From assembly GCF_964355755.1 (NCBI RefSeq), contig NC_092673.1:15720948-15784947 (forward strand): a DNA stretch of 64,000 nucleotides, read 5' to 3'. The stretch is from Antedon mediterranea. Taxonomy: Eukaryota > Animalia > Echinodermata. The notes below the pieces were generated by a model, which had not been told where the DNA came from, searched no databases, and worked only from the letters and a program-made list of their open reading frames with translations. The position numbers and the translations under genes are program-made. Shown here one piece after another: positions 52,801-64,000 of the stretch. How positions within the stretch are numbered: position 1 is the first letter of the stretch; each line of letters opens with the position of its first letter.

Positions 52801-55800
52801 CAATCTGATACCATAAACCATCAACAACTTGATTGAATTAATTGTCGACAGAGTTTACACAACTGTATAGATATTCAAAACCCAATTAAATAATTATAAA
52901 TTGCAACAAGAAATTTGAAACTATAAATTACTTCTAAATTTTCTTTCTGTCAATATCTCTATTAATCTCACAAATATCCAGATAGTACATTCTGTATATT
53001 GTTAGTAATTATAATCAAATAGGTTTTTGGTACTGTACATCAACACCTAATGGAATGCCCAATGGAATACCCAATGGAATACCCAATGTAATACCCAATG
53101 GAATACATACTCACATATTGACTTGACTATAGTGATACTATATTTATTTATACTTACATTTAATTTTAATTTATGTTTTTAGTGGATGGTAAAGTCATTA
53201 GTAATGATAGTGATGTTGGTATACTTGCAACAATACAGTCAACTACGGATTCCCCAAACAGGTAATATGGACTTTTAGATTTCCACATCAAATGCTACTG
53301 CTACTTTTATGGTATGTTCATGCGCCAGGCGACTGTTAGGTTGACTGGCAAATTTGAGCACTTGTTCAGTGGGCGTATGACGTCATAACACTGCAAATGT
53401 TTACCAAAATCATGGCCAAGAATGTGTTGCGATGATTTTACGAGAATGTAGTAAAGTTCACTGGCATGTCACAATGTTCACTTAATCTAAAAGATATTAT
53501 ATATGTCGCAGAAACAGTGGACTATACAACCCATGTGAACGCTTGAAAATTGGTTATTTTATGCAAATTTGTGTAAAAAATATGCCTATTTTGAATCGAT
53601 TATAGCTCTCCGAGATGGCTGGTGACCCCCAATTTTTTTAACTTAAATATGTAAGAAGATATGTTGTAGATATGAATTCATGCAAAATTTTACCTCTGGG
53701 GTGTTGTGATGTCAACGTATGGCCACACAAAATTTAAAATATAGGAATTTAGTGTCTCTTTCAACACAGTTCGTCACATTCAATAGAGCGCATATCGCGT
53801 AAACGTTATCAATTTTCAATAATGTTATTACTTAAAACATTCTCCTTCAGACACATGAACTTTATTTTTAATTTGAAAATTTCATCATATTCAAACAATT
53901 AAATAAACGTGAGTGGTGAAAAATAAAAACTAACCGTCAACTAAACCGTCTACAATGCCAATACAGTCAACTGTTGACTCTTGTTGAACGATTTTGATCA
54001 TTACTGTTTGTACAATAGTTGTGGTGCAGCTTACTGTAGGCTAAGCCTAATAAAAGCATCTGTATGTTACGATATGTTGCGTGATAGCCTAACTCGTCAC
54101 CGTGACGAGTTCAAATCTAGTTTAGTTTGAGAGTGTAAATCCTACTCTAGTTATACCCAAGAAAAAAGCCGGAAATTAAAATTTTAATAATGTAGCTTGG
54201 CTATACTTATTTGTTTTTGAAAGCGTTGGTGCATTAGTAACTTATCATATTCATGCTTGTACAGTGTTAGTGATGTGACAATGTGTTGCAAGATTTGCCA
54301 ATTGTCAAGAATGACAGAAATCTTCCTAATGGATTAAAGCCTGTTATGGTTTCCCCTCCAAATATATGGGATTTTTTTTTTTCTTTGAAGATGAAACTAG
54401 TCATAGTAGCATCTATAATGAATACGATTTACTTCAAATTCGATTTTTTAATGTGGATATCTTATTTCATAGCAGGGGTGGCGCCAGGATCTTCCCGACG
54501 TGGGGGCTACATTCCCCGACGAGGGGGCTATGCGAGCGAGGCGAGCATCACTAGGCTGGGGGCCAGGGGGCCGCCAAGGGCCCCCGGTGGGAGTCCAGGG
54601 GGGCGAAGCCCCCGGAAGCAACGCGTTCTAGCGTCATTTGAGGTCATTTTAATCAGATTTAGGTTAGCCATTTTTTCCATTTTTTATAATGCATAAATAA
54701 AATACTGCGTGCAAAAAAACGATGCGCGATGACTGTTTCAATCCATATTTTTCAATTTAAAAAATAAAAAAAATAAAAAAATTTAGAAAAATAGAGTTGG
54801 AGGTCCCGGAAATTGGACTTATTATACTTCAAAACATGAAACAAAATATATAAGTCCCTATCATGGTTGTGCCTGAGCTAAGAAATGTTTGAAAAATAGA
54901 GATGTTATAGGTCCCGGAAAATGCAATTCTTGTACTTCGAAATATGACCAGCTTTATTGTTGGGGCTGAGCTAAGAAAATGTTTAAAACTAGAGCTGCAG
55001 GTCTTCAAAAAACTGCATTTTATACTTTGGAAACATCAGGCCTAGAGGCTTAAAAAACGCAAGCATAGACCTTTTTCAGTCGGGGAAATAAGTTTATTCC
55101 TCCCAAGTGTATGCGTGCGTACCATCTGGACTTCCGAGTGGTGAGAAATTCATGACATACATTGAAAATGTAATAACTTAATTAGCTATAATAAGATGTT
55201 GGCTAAGCGAAAATGGCATGTTTTTTTGTTTAGTAATGGATGAAAAATTTATTTTAGGTGCCCCACGGTACAGAAGGTTACTTGTAAATTTAAAAATTGG
55301 TGAACATACAAACAATTAACATAATTCGGTTTTGCTGTAGTGTAGCGTACGGCGACGCAGTACACGACGTAACCGTCAGTAAACTTCGCCTGGAAAATAA
55401 CTACAGTACACATTTTGGTCCCTGGATGGAACATGATATCACGTGTCTCGACCCAACGTTGAACGATTCGTACAAAGGGATACCGCCAGACAAGTGCGAA
55501 CCTAGCTATTGTTTAGTAGTAAGTTAGATCGCTGGCAATAATGAATGCATATAAAGTGCATAATATCACTCTGACGTACTCTCACGGTCAATGAAACGTC
55601 GCGGTTTTCTAGGCGCTGAAGTTAGCTACGAAGTGATCGCGAACGCTTTTTACTGTATATTATATTCCCCGACAAAAAGTACCCGTGTTCCCTTCAGTAA
55701 ACTTCGCCTGGAAAATAACTACATTACACATTTTGGTCCCTGGATGGAACTTGATATCACGCGTCTCGACCCAACGTTGAACGATTCGTACAAAGGGATA

Positions 55801-57671
55801 CCGCCAGACAAGTGCGTACCTAGCTAATGTTTAGTAGTAAGTTAGATCGCTGGCAATAAATGAATGCATAAAAGTGCATAATAGCCCTCTGACGTACTCT
55901 CACGGTCAATGGAACGTTGGGGTTTTCTAGGCGCTGAAGCTATATGAAGTGAACGCGAACGTTTTTTACTGTATATTATATTCCCCGACAAAAAGTACCC
56001 GTGTTCCCCGACGGGGGGGGGCTAGGCTCCCAAACGTTTTTTGGACAAGTAGTTCTCGAGAAAATGTAATTTAAGTTGACTTATTACTTTAAGTCTTTTT
56101 TTGAAAATTCTGTTCTGTCTTTTAACACTAGCAGGTCTAAAAATTTTATTAAAAAGTATCCAATATTGGGACCGTGATCCGAATTGCCTCCAAATTTTAT
56201 TGGAGTGGTCCTTGACCGTGCATATCTATCTGTATTTTCATTTCATTAAGGATCTTGTTGTTACTTTTTGAGTAATCTTGCTAACAAACAAAAAGACAAA
56301 CGCTATCGATTACATATACCTCCCTGGCGAAGGTAAATTAATTTTGATCTTTTTTTCACATCTTTCTCATCTATTACAGTTTTCTTTTGCTAGCTTGTGT
56401 TCATTTAAAGTAGAAGCCACTGAATTAATGAAAAGATTACGACAGGAGTACATACATTCAAGGGTTTTTTTTTGGTACTAGCTTGATGGGTTTTTTTTCC
56501 TTCTTCTTTCATCCTATTGTATGTAGTGCATAGAGACCTAGTTTATATCTATTACCTACCTAATTAAATGCTTTTATTACACATTTTCCTACACAATACA
56601 TGTCAATATCTAATTTAAATGTTTGTTTCTTAAGTTACCCTTACGTGACATAATAAAGTGCAATTTAAGCATTTATAATTATACATTATTATTATACACA
56701 ATGTGATTTACTATGTTAGATGAATGCAAACTATATATTCTCAGAATAGATTTATTGCTGTATTGTGTTTTAATTGAGACAGGCAATTGCTGTAAGTGCG
56801 ATGGCCTAGTTCTATTTAAAGGGTTATTCCATTTAATTAACAGCATGAAAACCTATATTATCTAATACAAAGTTTTCAATATTAGATTTTAATCCAGCAA
56901 TACTTTGTGGGAAGTTCAGCTACGTGGGCGTTATAAATTACAAAGTGTACATCTCCAGAGATAGGGCACAGTGCACAAAACAGGATTTATATGCTTAATT
57001 TTTTTTTACAAATAAGAATACACCATCATGTAACCAAGTACACAAAAAGTGAAGTCACACTATCCTAATTAAAGTCTTGATTGAGAACCGTTTACTGCTG
57101 TGCAATCAATTCTAAGGAGAATCATTAACCTACATGTTTTCTTACATTCCTTCCAAATTCAGAAATGCAAATAACACTTACACTACAGTACCTTGATTTA
57201 ATTGGAATAATATTCAATATTATTTTTCATTGCGTGTCTGCCGTCCAATTCTCTTAACCGTATCTATAGCATTGTATGTCCCATATATCATAGACAAATT
57301 CTGTAACATGTATCAGATGTGGCTCCATATTAAGGTTAGGGTAAAGCTTAGTGCCTATGATACAGGTATCACATGTGATACAATATGTAGCATTGTATTT
57401 CAGTGGATTGATTGTAGTTGAGTACTGATGGAGAAAGTTTATCTGATTTTTTAAATATTTTAAAACTATTGTAATAATTAATATTATAATCTTGCCAGTC
57501 AACATGTCAGTGCTAGTCAAGCACATGTCAAAATGTGATTTCCTATTTGAAATATTTTTTTTTTTTTCAGCTTTGAAATGAGTGTTTTAGTAGTCAACAG
57601 TGCAGATACTAGTAATGTCACAGGACAAGACAATATCAAGATTACCATAAAAATACAAGAAAATGTCAAAG
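22722..57671 (+). CDS. IDUA: Alpha-L-iduronidase (GH39), 10 coding exons visible, 3' part outside window
   Basis: Exons 22722-22855, 23323-23463, 27962-28152, 29578-29673, 33361-33563, 34871-34971, 35959-36037, 41579-41819, 53183-53261, 57571-57671 are phase-consistent (455 codons). Motifs [38 protein letters not shown] (acid/base Glu), [10 protein letters not shown] (nucleophile Glu), LSNDNGFL. Confidence 0.95.
23323..23463 (+). CDS. IDUA: IDUA exon 2
   Basis: PPDPHQ...[26 protein letters not shown]; 141 nt. Confidence 0.93.
23460..24632 (-). pseudogene. NACHT-domain (NLR-family) gene fragment, frameshifted and truncated, antisense in IDUA intron 2
   Basis: Walker [10 protein letters not shown], Walker [28 protein letters not shown]; split over ORFs 23894..24553 and 23460..23921 (frameshift ~23925); in-frame TAG/frameshift near 24580; homology ends at the IDUA exon 2 donor. 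Confidence 0.85.
25960..26843 (+). mobile_element. 5'-truncated piggyBac element (transposase C-terminus, cysteine-rich domain and right end)
   Basis: [12 protein letters not shown]...KRWYLYLF...NAWLLY and CAIC...CEKCKVALC...CFREYH; element ends ...atggg|TTAA at 26843-26847. Confidence 0.85.
27599..27718. repeat. Perfect 120-bp palindrome (60-bp arms, no spacer)
   Basis: Centre gagttaat|attaactc at 27658/27659; arms read as exact reverse complements. Confidence 0.92.
27722..27868. repeat. Perfect 147-bp palindrome (73-bp arms, 1-nt centre)
   Basis: Centre at 27795 (ataacatt-a-aatgttat); arms are exact reverse complements. Confidence 0.92.
27962..28152 (+). CDS. IDUA: IDUA exon 3
   Basis: [29 protein letters not shown]...[13 protein letters not shown]. 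Confidence 0.93.
28476..29401. mobile_element. Non-autonomous DNA transposon (Harbinger-like), 38-bp perfect TIRs, 3-bp TSD
   Basis: cgcccgtattcttaaaccggactttagtcgtagttcga at both ends in inverted orientation; ATA on both flanks; subterminal cgacta repeats. Confidence 0.85.
29578..29673 (+). CDS. IDUA: IDUA exon 4 ([10 protein letters not shown])
   Basis: Contains the NEP acid/base motif; 96 nt. Confidence 0.95.
32669..33130. repeat. Local tandem duplication carrying two copies of the ~150-bp MITE
   Basis: MITE at 32706-32855 and 32960-33121, each preceded by ttttcacctgtctttgttcagtatctttcaacatata. Confidence 0.75.
33361..33563 (+). CDS. IDUA: IDUA exon 5
   Basis: [12 protein letters not shown]...GGPG...[21 protein letters not shown]; 203 nt. 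Confidence 0.95.
34871..34971 (+). CDS. IDUA: IDUA exon 6
   Basis: [12 protein letters not shown]...[11 protein letters not shown]. Confidence 0.9.
35959..36037 (+). CDS. IDUA: IDUA exon 7
   Basis: [26 protein letters not shown]. Confidence 0.95.
36815..38718 (+). pseudogene. pogo transposase (Brinker-like HTH, CENP-B/Tc5 HTH, DDE_1), disrupted
   Basis: ORFs 36806, 37788, 38293: [39 protein letters not shown]; nested insertion, frameshift ~38260, third catalytic Asp appears as Asn (QPMN). Confidence 0.88.
37165..37734. mobile_element. 570-bp TTAA-targeting non-autonomous element (Kolobok-like) nested in the transposase
   Basis: TTAA|agctcaggtac ... gcacctggcct|TTAA; removing it plus one TTAA restores [17 protein letters not shown]. 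Confidence 0.8.
41579..41819 (+). CDS. IDUA: IDUA exon 8
   Basis: VVTQHQNLL...[11 protein letters not shown]...[13 protein letters not shown]...[15 protein letters not shown]. Confidence 0.92.
41841..41995. mobile_element. ~150-bp MITE family copy
   Basis: agctctgtctacactatcaaact...agtttgatagtgtagaaaaagct. Confidence 0.75.
46410..48050. repeat. Satellite array, ~85-bp unit built from ~17-bp subunits
   Basis: gctctgttccattcaactgagccacttattcctgactgcagcccttttttgactgcagcacttgtttaactgcattgcttattgg repeated about 20 times with variants. Confidence 0.92.
51275..51660 (-). mobile_element. RTE-clade LINE 3' fragment, degenerate
   Basis: Minus-strand translation pieces [31 protein letters not shown] typical of RTE ORF ends. 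Confidence 0.65.
53045..53105. repeat. 12-bp minisatellite (cccaatggaata) x~5
   Basis: Direct reading. Confidence 0.8.
53183..53261 (+). CDS. IDUA: IDUA exon 9
   Basis: [18 protein letters not shown] resembles the vertebrate TVLDSNHTVGVLAS segment; phases 1/2 fit. Confidence 0.8.
54473..56031. mobile_element. Non-autonomous CAGGGG-ended (hAT-like) element, right end missing, with internal ~318-bp duplication
   Basis: Starts caggggtggcgccagg, GC-rich left arm, ttccccgac motifs at both ends, duplicate blocks starting 55376 and 55694. Confidence 0.55.
56085..56337 (-). mobile_element. Possible Helentron-associated (DINE/HINE-like) repeat fragment
   Basis: Minus strand begins ttaccttcgccagggaggtatatg followed by a (tttg/tctg)-type microsatellite; recognised by pattern only. 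Confidence 0.35.
57571..57671 (+). CDS. IDUA: IDUA exon 10
   Basis: [18 protein letters not shown]...ITIKIQ; strong poly-T acceptor, gtatgt donor; phases 2/1 fit. Confidence 0.8.
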
Positions 57672-59143
57672 GTATGTAATACACAGATGTGCTTTACGTT
57701 TCAATCATTTGTAATCGCATTTATTGGATTCATACCCATAAAAGTAGCCAGAATTAGTCTTCTTCCTTTACTAAGGTAGAACAAGTCGTGCAACAATAAA
57801 GTGATGTCGAAAAGACTTGTCAGTGATTGGCCGTTAAAATAACACAACCAATCAGTGCCTGGAGAATTTTGGTATGATTTGTTTAAGTAAGAGTGATGAA
57901 TAATAAAAAATAGTAAAATTGTAGCCCCAAATCGCAACCGTTAGACAATTGTGGTATCGGTTATAAAACAGTGAGCTTTCACATTTGAAGGTGCGTCGCT
58001 TTGGTGTAATTGGGTCATTTTTACATGAATTAATCGCAATACATGTCGGAATATAGTAGAAATTATGAAATATAGTAAATCTTATGCATTAATTATTAAA
58101 AAAAGTGGACCAGTTTGATGAAAAACACGAAAGGATTTACTCATAATCTGAAAAGGATTAGCGTCTTAAAAACTCATTTTATGTCACTTACAATTATCGT
58201 CAATGTTACTTGGATTAAGCAGGCTTAAATTCTGCAACTTGCATTTCATTCCATAATTCTCAACATCATCTTAATCCGAAAATTGTACAGCAATTTTCCA
58301 TATTGTATCTTGCATGCTCAAAGTATGTAAAGATCAAAGCACCTATAATAAAGGAATCTCCTGTTTGTAAATTTTGCATTGAAAATACTGTGTTGGAAGT
58401 ACGTGGTCACAACGTCACACTGGGTGCTGCCATTACGACAGCGACCTCTTTAAACTAGAAAGGTAAACAATTAATATTAATATAAAGATCTATGGTCCAC
58501 AAAATACGAAACTTGTGCAGGTGTCTTTGGGCTAAAACGTCCCAGAGGCCTAAAATAAAAGTCTCAAATGCATATTGAGGGTGCATTATACTTCATGACC
58601 CCAAAATTGGCTCTATTCTATCCCACAGTGCCTTTCAAAATCTTACTCATTTTTGACAAATAGGAGATTCTTGTGTTAAAGATGAAAAGTAAAAGATTTT
58701 GACATGGAAATTTAGAATTATGGAAATATCTATTTTTATATCAAAACTTTAATTGAAGATAATCCTCAAGGAATACTAATTTAGAACAAACTAATAATCT
58801 TTTTGATTTATTTATTTGTCTGTTGTATACTGAATGACATTTTCAGAGCTTTGCACTGATTTTTCTGAGCACTTCAAGCAATTTTTTTAACTATGCATGC
58901 TATTAAGATTGTATTCATGATCCTAAAAAATTTTTTTTTATTTATTAGCCATCTTTAGAGAAGATAAGCCATGTTCTTTTTCATTACACAAAGTTCACTA
59001 ATTATAAAAACATTAGGGACAATTTCCTTACCAATTACATTTAATATTTAATGATTTGTGATTTTGTTTTTTCTTTTTGTCCATTTTGAAGGAAATGGAA
59101 CGTTTCCCTTTTGTGGGGTTGCTAAAGGTGGTTCTTTTGTTAA

Positions 59144-60160
59144 CACTTTGACTGCCAAACACGATAAGATCTTTGTTTTTGGAAACACAACGCTTGACTG
59201 CCAAACACGAAGATCTTCGTTTTTCGCGTTTTTTTTACGAAATCCGGTAGATAGGTTAATTATTGGTATATACTATAAATATGGACACTATATTCGGTCT
59301 GAACCGTGAATATTTTACTTTTTGAAAGTAACTAATCTGGTTACGAACGATTGTCAAAATGGTACCTGTCGAAATAACATAAACCGCGCATCACAGTAGC
59401 GCGTACAGCGATGGTTTGGCGCATTGTGTCGGTCGCGCGCTAGCTATGCCGCCAAAGCATTACAAAGGTTTATGTGGATTGGCATGTTTGTTTATTATCT
59501 GAATAAAAAATAATGGATGAATTTTCAATATGAAGTCTTTAATTTTATTATTGTATGTATACCCTAATTGTTTTGGTGTTTCACTGTAAGTGGCCAATTA
59601 TCACGCAACAAACTTGTTTAGAATTGGTATGAATATTATCATCAGTTTACTAGCTAGGCTAGTAGTAAAACGATTCCGGACCAACTTTAGGCCTAGTTAA
59701 CTAGGCCTGGTGTCTTTACTATGGGGATTTTGGCGAAACATTGATGTAAGATTTATGATTTATAAAATGTAATACATTTTTCGATAGTGATAACTTGTTT
59801 TTATAGGCCTACTGTTGCTTTGTAAGTAACTTTTTTGTTGTTTGTTGATCTCACCGGGCGATATTTTCATATTGTGATGTCTTGCACAAAATCGCGAATA
59901 TCTCGACTTTCTTGCGCGAAACTACGAAAAACTCAAAAAGTGGGTTACTTTCATTTTACTATTACAATTTACATATTGCGATTTGAAAATCGTTCTTGGT
60001 ACCATTGTAAAGCTAAAATCTTTATGATTATTTTAGTCTAAATTACATGTAAATCAGATCACATACATATTTTCAATCAGCTTTAATAAAAACATCGAAT
60101 TGGGCTATAAACGCTGGCAGTGGCAGTTTCTAACTGGAAAAATCTCTGGCAGTCAAAGTG
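59144..60160. mobile_element. Non-autonomous piggyBac-type element
   Basis: TTAA|cactttgactgcca ... tggcagtcaaagtg|TTAA; subterminal ttgactgccaaacacga repeat. Confidence 0.85.
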
Positions 60161-60453
60161 TTAAGTACAAAATGCAGTCTGTAAGGGTAATATAATGTAA
60201 GTTAAATAGTCCTTCCTACTATATTCAATTCAAGAAACATTTATTTCATCAAAATGCCATACAAAATAGAGAGCATAAAAATGAGCACCAACCTAGAACT
60301 AAACTTGTTTCAGTTGGCCCTTTAACATGGTTAAACAAAAAAATAATAAGAACAACTGAGAATATGAAGAATCAGTAATAATATATGATAATAACAATGA
60401 ATGAATGAAATGTTAAATACTTAAGTTAAATATATTTCTTTACTAGTTATTTA

Positions 60454-60876
60454 CAGGGGTGGATCTAGGATTTTGAAAAAAAAGGGGGCCGATATAGGAA
60501 AAATAATCGTCTAGGGGGGTCCGGAGGCATCCCCCCCTGGAATTTTTTTTTCTAGACGTCCGGAGATAGCATCTGAGGCGTTTAGGCCAGTCGATTCTTG
60601 TCATATAATTATCTGAATATAGTGGGTTTTATAGACAATATTTAATATACGGAACTGTTTTTTTTTTTTGCGCCTAAAGCATGTTTTTTCGCCGCAAATT
60701 TTTACATATTTTTTGCGCAATCGTTGGTTTCTTGGTTCTTTCGACGTTGCTGGGACACATGGACATGAAGTTTTGCAAAGCCAAGGCCGGTTACGCGCAG
60801 CCGGCCCGTGTGAACATTGAAAAAGTTACGGGTTTTGATGCCAACCCAGCCGGCCTAGGACATGAATCCGCCCCTG
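60454..60876. mobile_element. CAGGGG-ended MITE
   Basis: caggggtggat...atccgcccctg TIRs; ATTTA on both flanks. Confidence 0.75.
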
Positions 60877-61225
60877 ATTTAGAAGGTTAGATACAGATAG
60901 CGTAGCTGATTCCCAGTATACAGTATAACTTGTATAGTTTAGTATCCTAATTATGTGATTCAGCATTTATATCACATTTGAAACACCTGTACATTCTCAA
61001 CTTTATTTTGTATTTGGATGATTGTGTGCTGCAAACCTTACTTTACTTTACTTATTATTTAGAAGGTTAGATACAGATAGCGTAGCTGATTCCCAGTATA
61101 TAATTTGTATAGTATTATTAGTAGCCAAATTATGTGATTCAGCATTTATATATCACATTTGAAACACCATTCTCAACTTTATTTTGTATTTGGATGATTG
61201 TGTACCGCAAGTACTTTACTATAGT
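60877..61225. repeat. Tandem duplication, 2 x ~180 bp
   Basis: atttagaaggttagatacagatagcgtagctgattcccagtata at 60877 and ~61057. Confidence 0.85.
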
Positions 61226-61477
61226 TATAATGAAGTTATCAACTATGATTAGCATTATTTGTAGGTTAATTATAATCAATCTTTCTGGCATAATTCTGCT
61301 TTCTGATAACTGATAATGTAGGTGTAATGAACCATATTGAAATCACAATTCAATCAAATTAAACTTTTAGCCAGAAGTAAGTATCATAAATATTTGCAGC
61401 CCTAAGTTTTATTTCTCGTGTGCATTTACATTTTACTCCCTGAACAGTATTTGAATTGTCATCCTAAACCTATCACA

Positions 61478-63023
61478 TCTATATATAAATTTACGTAAGG
61501 GCAAAATTCGGTAAATCGCGCCTTACTTCTAGAATTTTTACTCGATGGTATATAAAGTTGGTTCGTACTTTCGGTACTGATTTTAACCACCTGATGTAAC
61601 CCTGTTTACTAATTAAATTAAGTTAGATAATTAGTTATTGATGATTAAAACGAATTTAGGTTCAACGATTTGCCCCAAATAGGGGTGTTTTCCGATCGTG
61701 GTAATACACTGTCTAATGGATGTCCATCTTGAAAAATACCCGCCACAAAAATGCGAGGAGGCTTCGCATTTTCCTATCTCCTCCTACGATAATTGTTTTT
61801 AATAGCTGAAAACCGGTTGAACAGTTCGAGTACAGCATCATAATGTTGAAGACAGGCCGATTTTCTTTAAAAAATACTGTTTTGATACATTTAATATACG
61901 TTTTTACAAATGTATTGATTTGTGATGAATGGAACATTCCAAATTATTTGGTTTAACCATAGAGGTATAGATTTAGATTTATGGGCCCCCTTGGAGAATA
62001 AACATAAATAGTATTGCAATGCTGTACAATACTGTTAAGGTATTAACCACTTTTGATCGCAATTTGAATCGCAAATTTCTTACTGTGAGTGTTGGTACTG
62101 TTAGATGTAATATAAAAATATATACAAATAAACTTTATTACTGTGAGTGTGGGTAGGCCCTACTGTTAGATTATAAACATATAATATACAAATAAACATT
62201 CCAAATTATTTGGTTTAACCATAGAGGTATAGATTTAGATTTATGGGCCCCCTTGGAGAATAAACATAAATAGTATTGCAATGCTGTACAATACTGTTAA
62301 GGTATTAACCACTTTTGATCGCAATTTGAATCGCAAATTTCTTACTGTGAGTGTTGGTACTGTTAGATGTAATATAAAAATATATACAAATACACTTTAT
62401 TACTGTGAGTGTGGGTAGGCCCTACTGTTAGATTTTAAACATATAATATACAAATAAATAAACGTTATTACTGACAGTTGCTTCTCAACGTTTGTATTAA
62501 TTAATAATTAAAAAATATATAAACGTCGTAGTGGTGTATCGTTACATGTACTTTACTATTTCAATCGACTATGACAGTGAGAGTTTTAACAAAGTACCGT
62601 ATTAAATCGTAAATATTTTACTGTATTTAGTGGTATATTATTTATAGGCTTATAACACATTAAAAACAATATTTCGTTACTGAGTGGATAAGAATATATT
62701 TTAAAATGTTTCCTCTTTGTACCTATCTTCTTCCCCCATCCCTCAACCCTTAATGTTACATACAAAACACAAATTGGGTTTGTTTAAATGAGTCCAAATA
62801 AAAAATGTTGACTCATTTTGTTTCTCTCTCGGAAGTAATTCCCAGGGTGCTAATTTTGGTTGACTACATAAATCATTGTGTATATTTATTCGTTTCTGTA
62901 AACGACAATGTATTATAGTCCTGCGGTACGTACATTTTTTTCTCGCTGGAAATACTGTGTATTCGAGAACCATCTGTGGGCACGACCTAGATGGTACGCG
63001 AGCGAAGCGAGCGTGCCATCTAG
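61478..63023 (+). mobile_element. Non-autonomous Helitron
   Basis: A|TCTATATATAAA 5' end; 3' GC-rich hairpin tagatggtacgc...gcgtgccatcta ending CTAG|T; no TSD. Confidence 0.7.
61933..62456. repeat. Tandem duplication, 2 x 262 bp inside the Helitron
   Basis: aacattccaaattatttggtttaaccatagagg at 61933 and 62195. Confidence 0.9.
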
Positions 63024-63429
63024 TTATTAAAATGTTTTATAGGTCATATTTAAGGTGAAGTACCTGTTAGCTAGGGTTAATGTAATGATCATGTATCTAA
63101 ATAATTAACCCAATCAAACATCTGTAATAAAAATTAAATGGTAATCCTAGATTATGAAGATAAATTCCAACCTTTAGTACATGAAAACATGCTCATATGT
63201 AACATCTTAATTGAACTGTTTCTTACATGATATTAGATCCACTAGAAAAATCCTCCTTTCAATAATTTGTGAATTGCCATGGACATTCGGTTACTGAACC
63301 AAGTGAGTATTGAACTTACGTATAATATGTACGCATACTGTACAAGTAACGGTTCTGAAATTGCCGAATGCATACGTTGTAATAATTTTATGACGTTTTT
63401 TATTTCCTCTTTATACTGAGTGACCTTCA

Positions 63430-63636
63430 CTTACAAGACTGTTCTCCCAGAGGGCACACCAGGAGATGATCCCTACTTTTTTTGAATAATGTGCCAAAGT
63501 TGCAATGTATGTACATGGGACGAACTGCTTTACATCCCATCTAAAGGACGAGACAATGAAATTAATGTATACTAGCAGGTATTGAACCCAGACCTCTCGC
63601 ATGCTGTCCGATTTCCCTTGCCATTTATGCCGTACC
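63430..63636 (-). mobile_element. tRNA-derived SINE, degenerate
   Basis: Minus strand has A-box-like ggcataaatgg and B-box gggttcaatacc at tRNA-like spacing, followed by a SINE-core-like body. Confidence 0.55.
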
Positions 63637-64000
63637 ACTCCTTTTTGTCATCAAAGCATAATTATGGTTTTCAACAAAGCATTGACATGCACATTAGCAT
63701 TGTTAGTGAACTTTCGATCTGCAACGAGTGATGATCAAGTTCGGTTAATTTATTGTGCACATGTGGGGAAGTTGGGAAATCCTTCCTTACTCTTTGACAC
63801 AGTGTTGTTAGTTTCTAGGCCCATAAGATGACTGAAGACACATTATGCATAGGTTCTAGGTCGTTGATCATCTCAAATTGAAAGCATTCTATTATTATAA
63901 GCTTAACACCTTAGATTATGACGCACCAAGTTAATCTTTCTACCCCATGAGGTTGAAGATGTTTTGAAACTAGATGAAGGTATAATCAACTGGCGGTAAC

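Noticed and set aside
54283-54696. 137-aa ORF with GC-rich RGG/PRR-like segment
   Set aside because: Straddles the boundary of a non-autonomous transposon arm; no coherent protein features.
63579-63636. tRNA gene
   Set aside because: Only degenerate A/B boxes, no cloverleaf; it is the head of a SINE.
57672-64000. Further IDUA exons
   Set aside because: No segment resembling the expected next region (YLDN...NPY..W...G.P.FP) was found; presumably downstream of the window.

Overview
AT-rich, intron-rich animal genomic DNA; the repeat and NLR style suggest an invertebrate deuterostome such as an echinoderm (inference). Three spliced host genes were reconstructed by hand from GT-AG junctions with consistent phases. 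(1) A ~1,020-aa secreted, probably GPI-anchored Cu-only SOD repeat protein (CSRP-like, six SOD folds; + strand, 1135-13368, first exon not located). (2) UBOX5/RNF37 (- strand, complete 528-aa CDS with U-box and RING). (3) Alpha-L-iduronidase IDUA (+ strand, 10 coding exons visible, 3' end beyond the window), head-to-head with UBOX5. The IDUA introns contain an antisense NACHT/NLR pseudogene, a truncated piggyBac, a full-length but dead pogo transposon, a ~1.6-kb satellite, a non-autonomous Helitron and many MITE/LINE/SINE remnants. The most unusual observations are a TTAA-targeting (Kolobok-like) MITE inside the pogo transposase whose ends supply in-frame splice sites (introner-like), two abutting perfect palindromes (A-A'-B-B') just upstream of IDUA exon 3, and a spliced uORF overlapping the IDUA start. 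No prokaryotic systems, rRNA or tRNA genes were seen. Coordinates are hand-counted and no database search was run.
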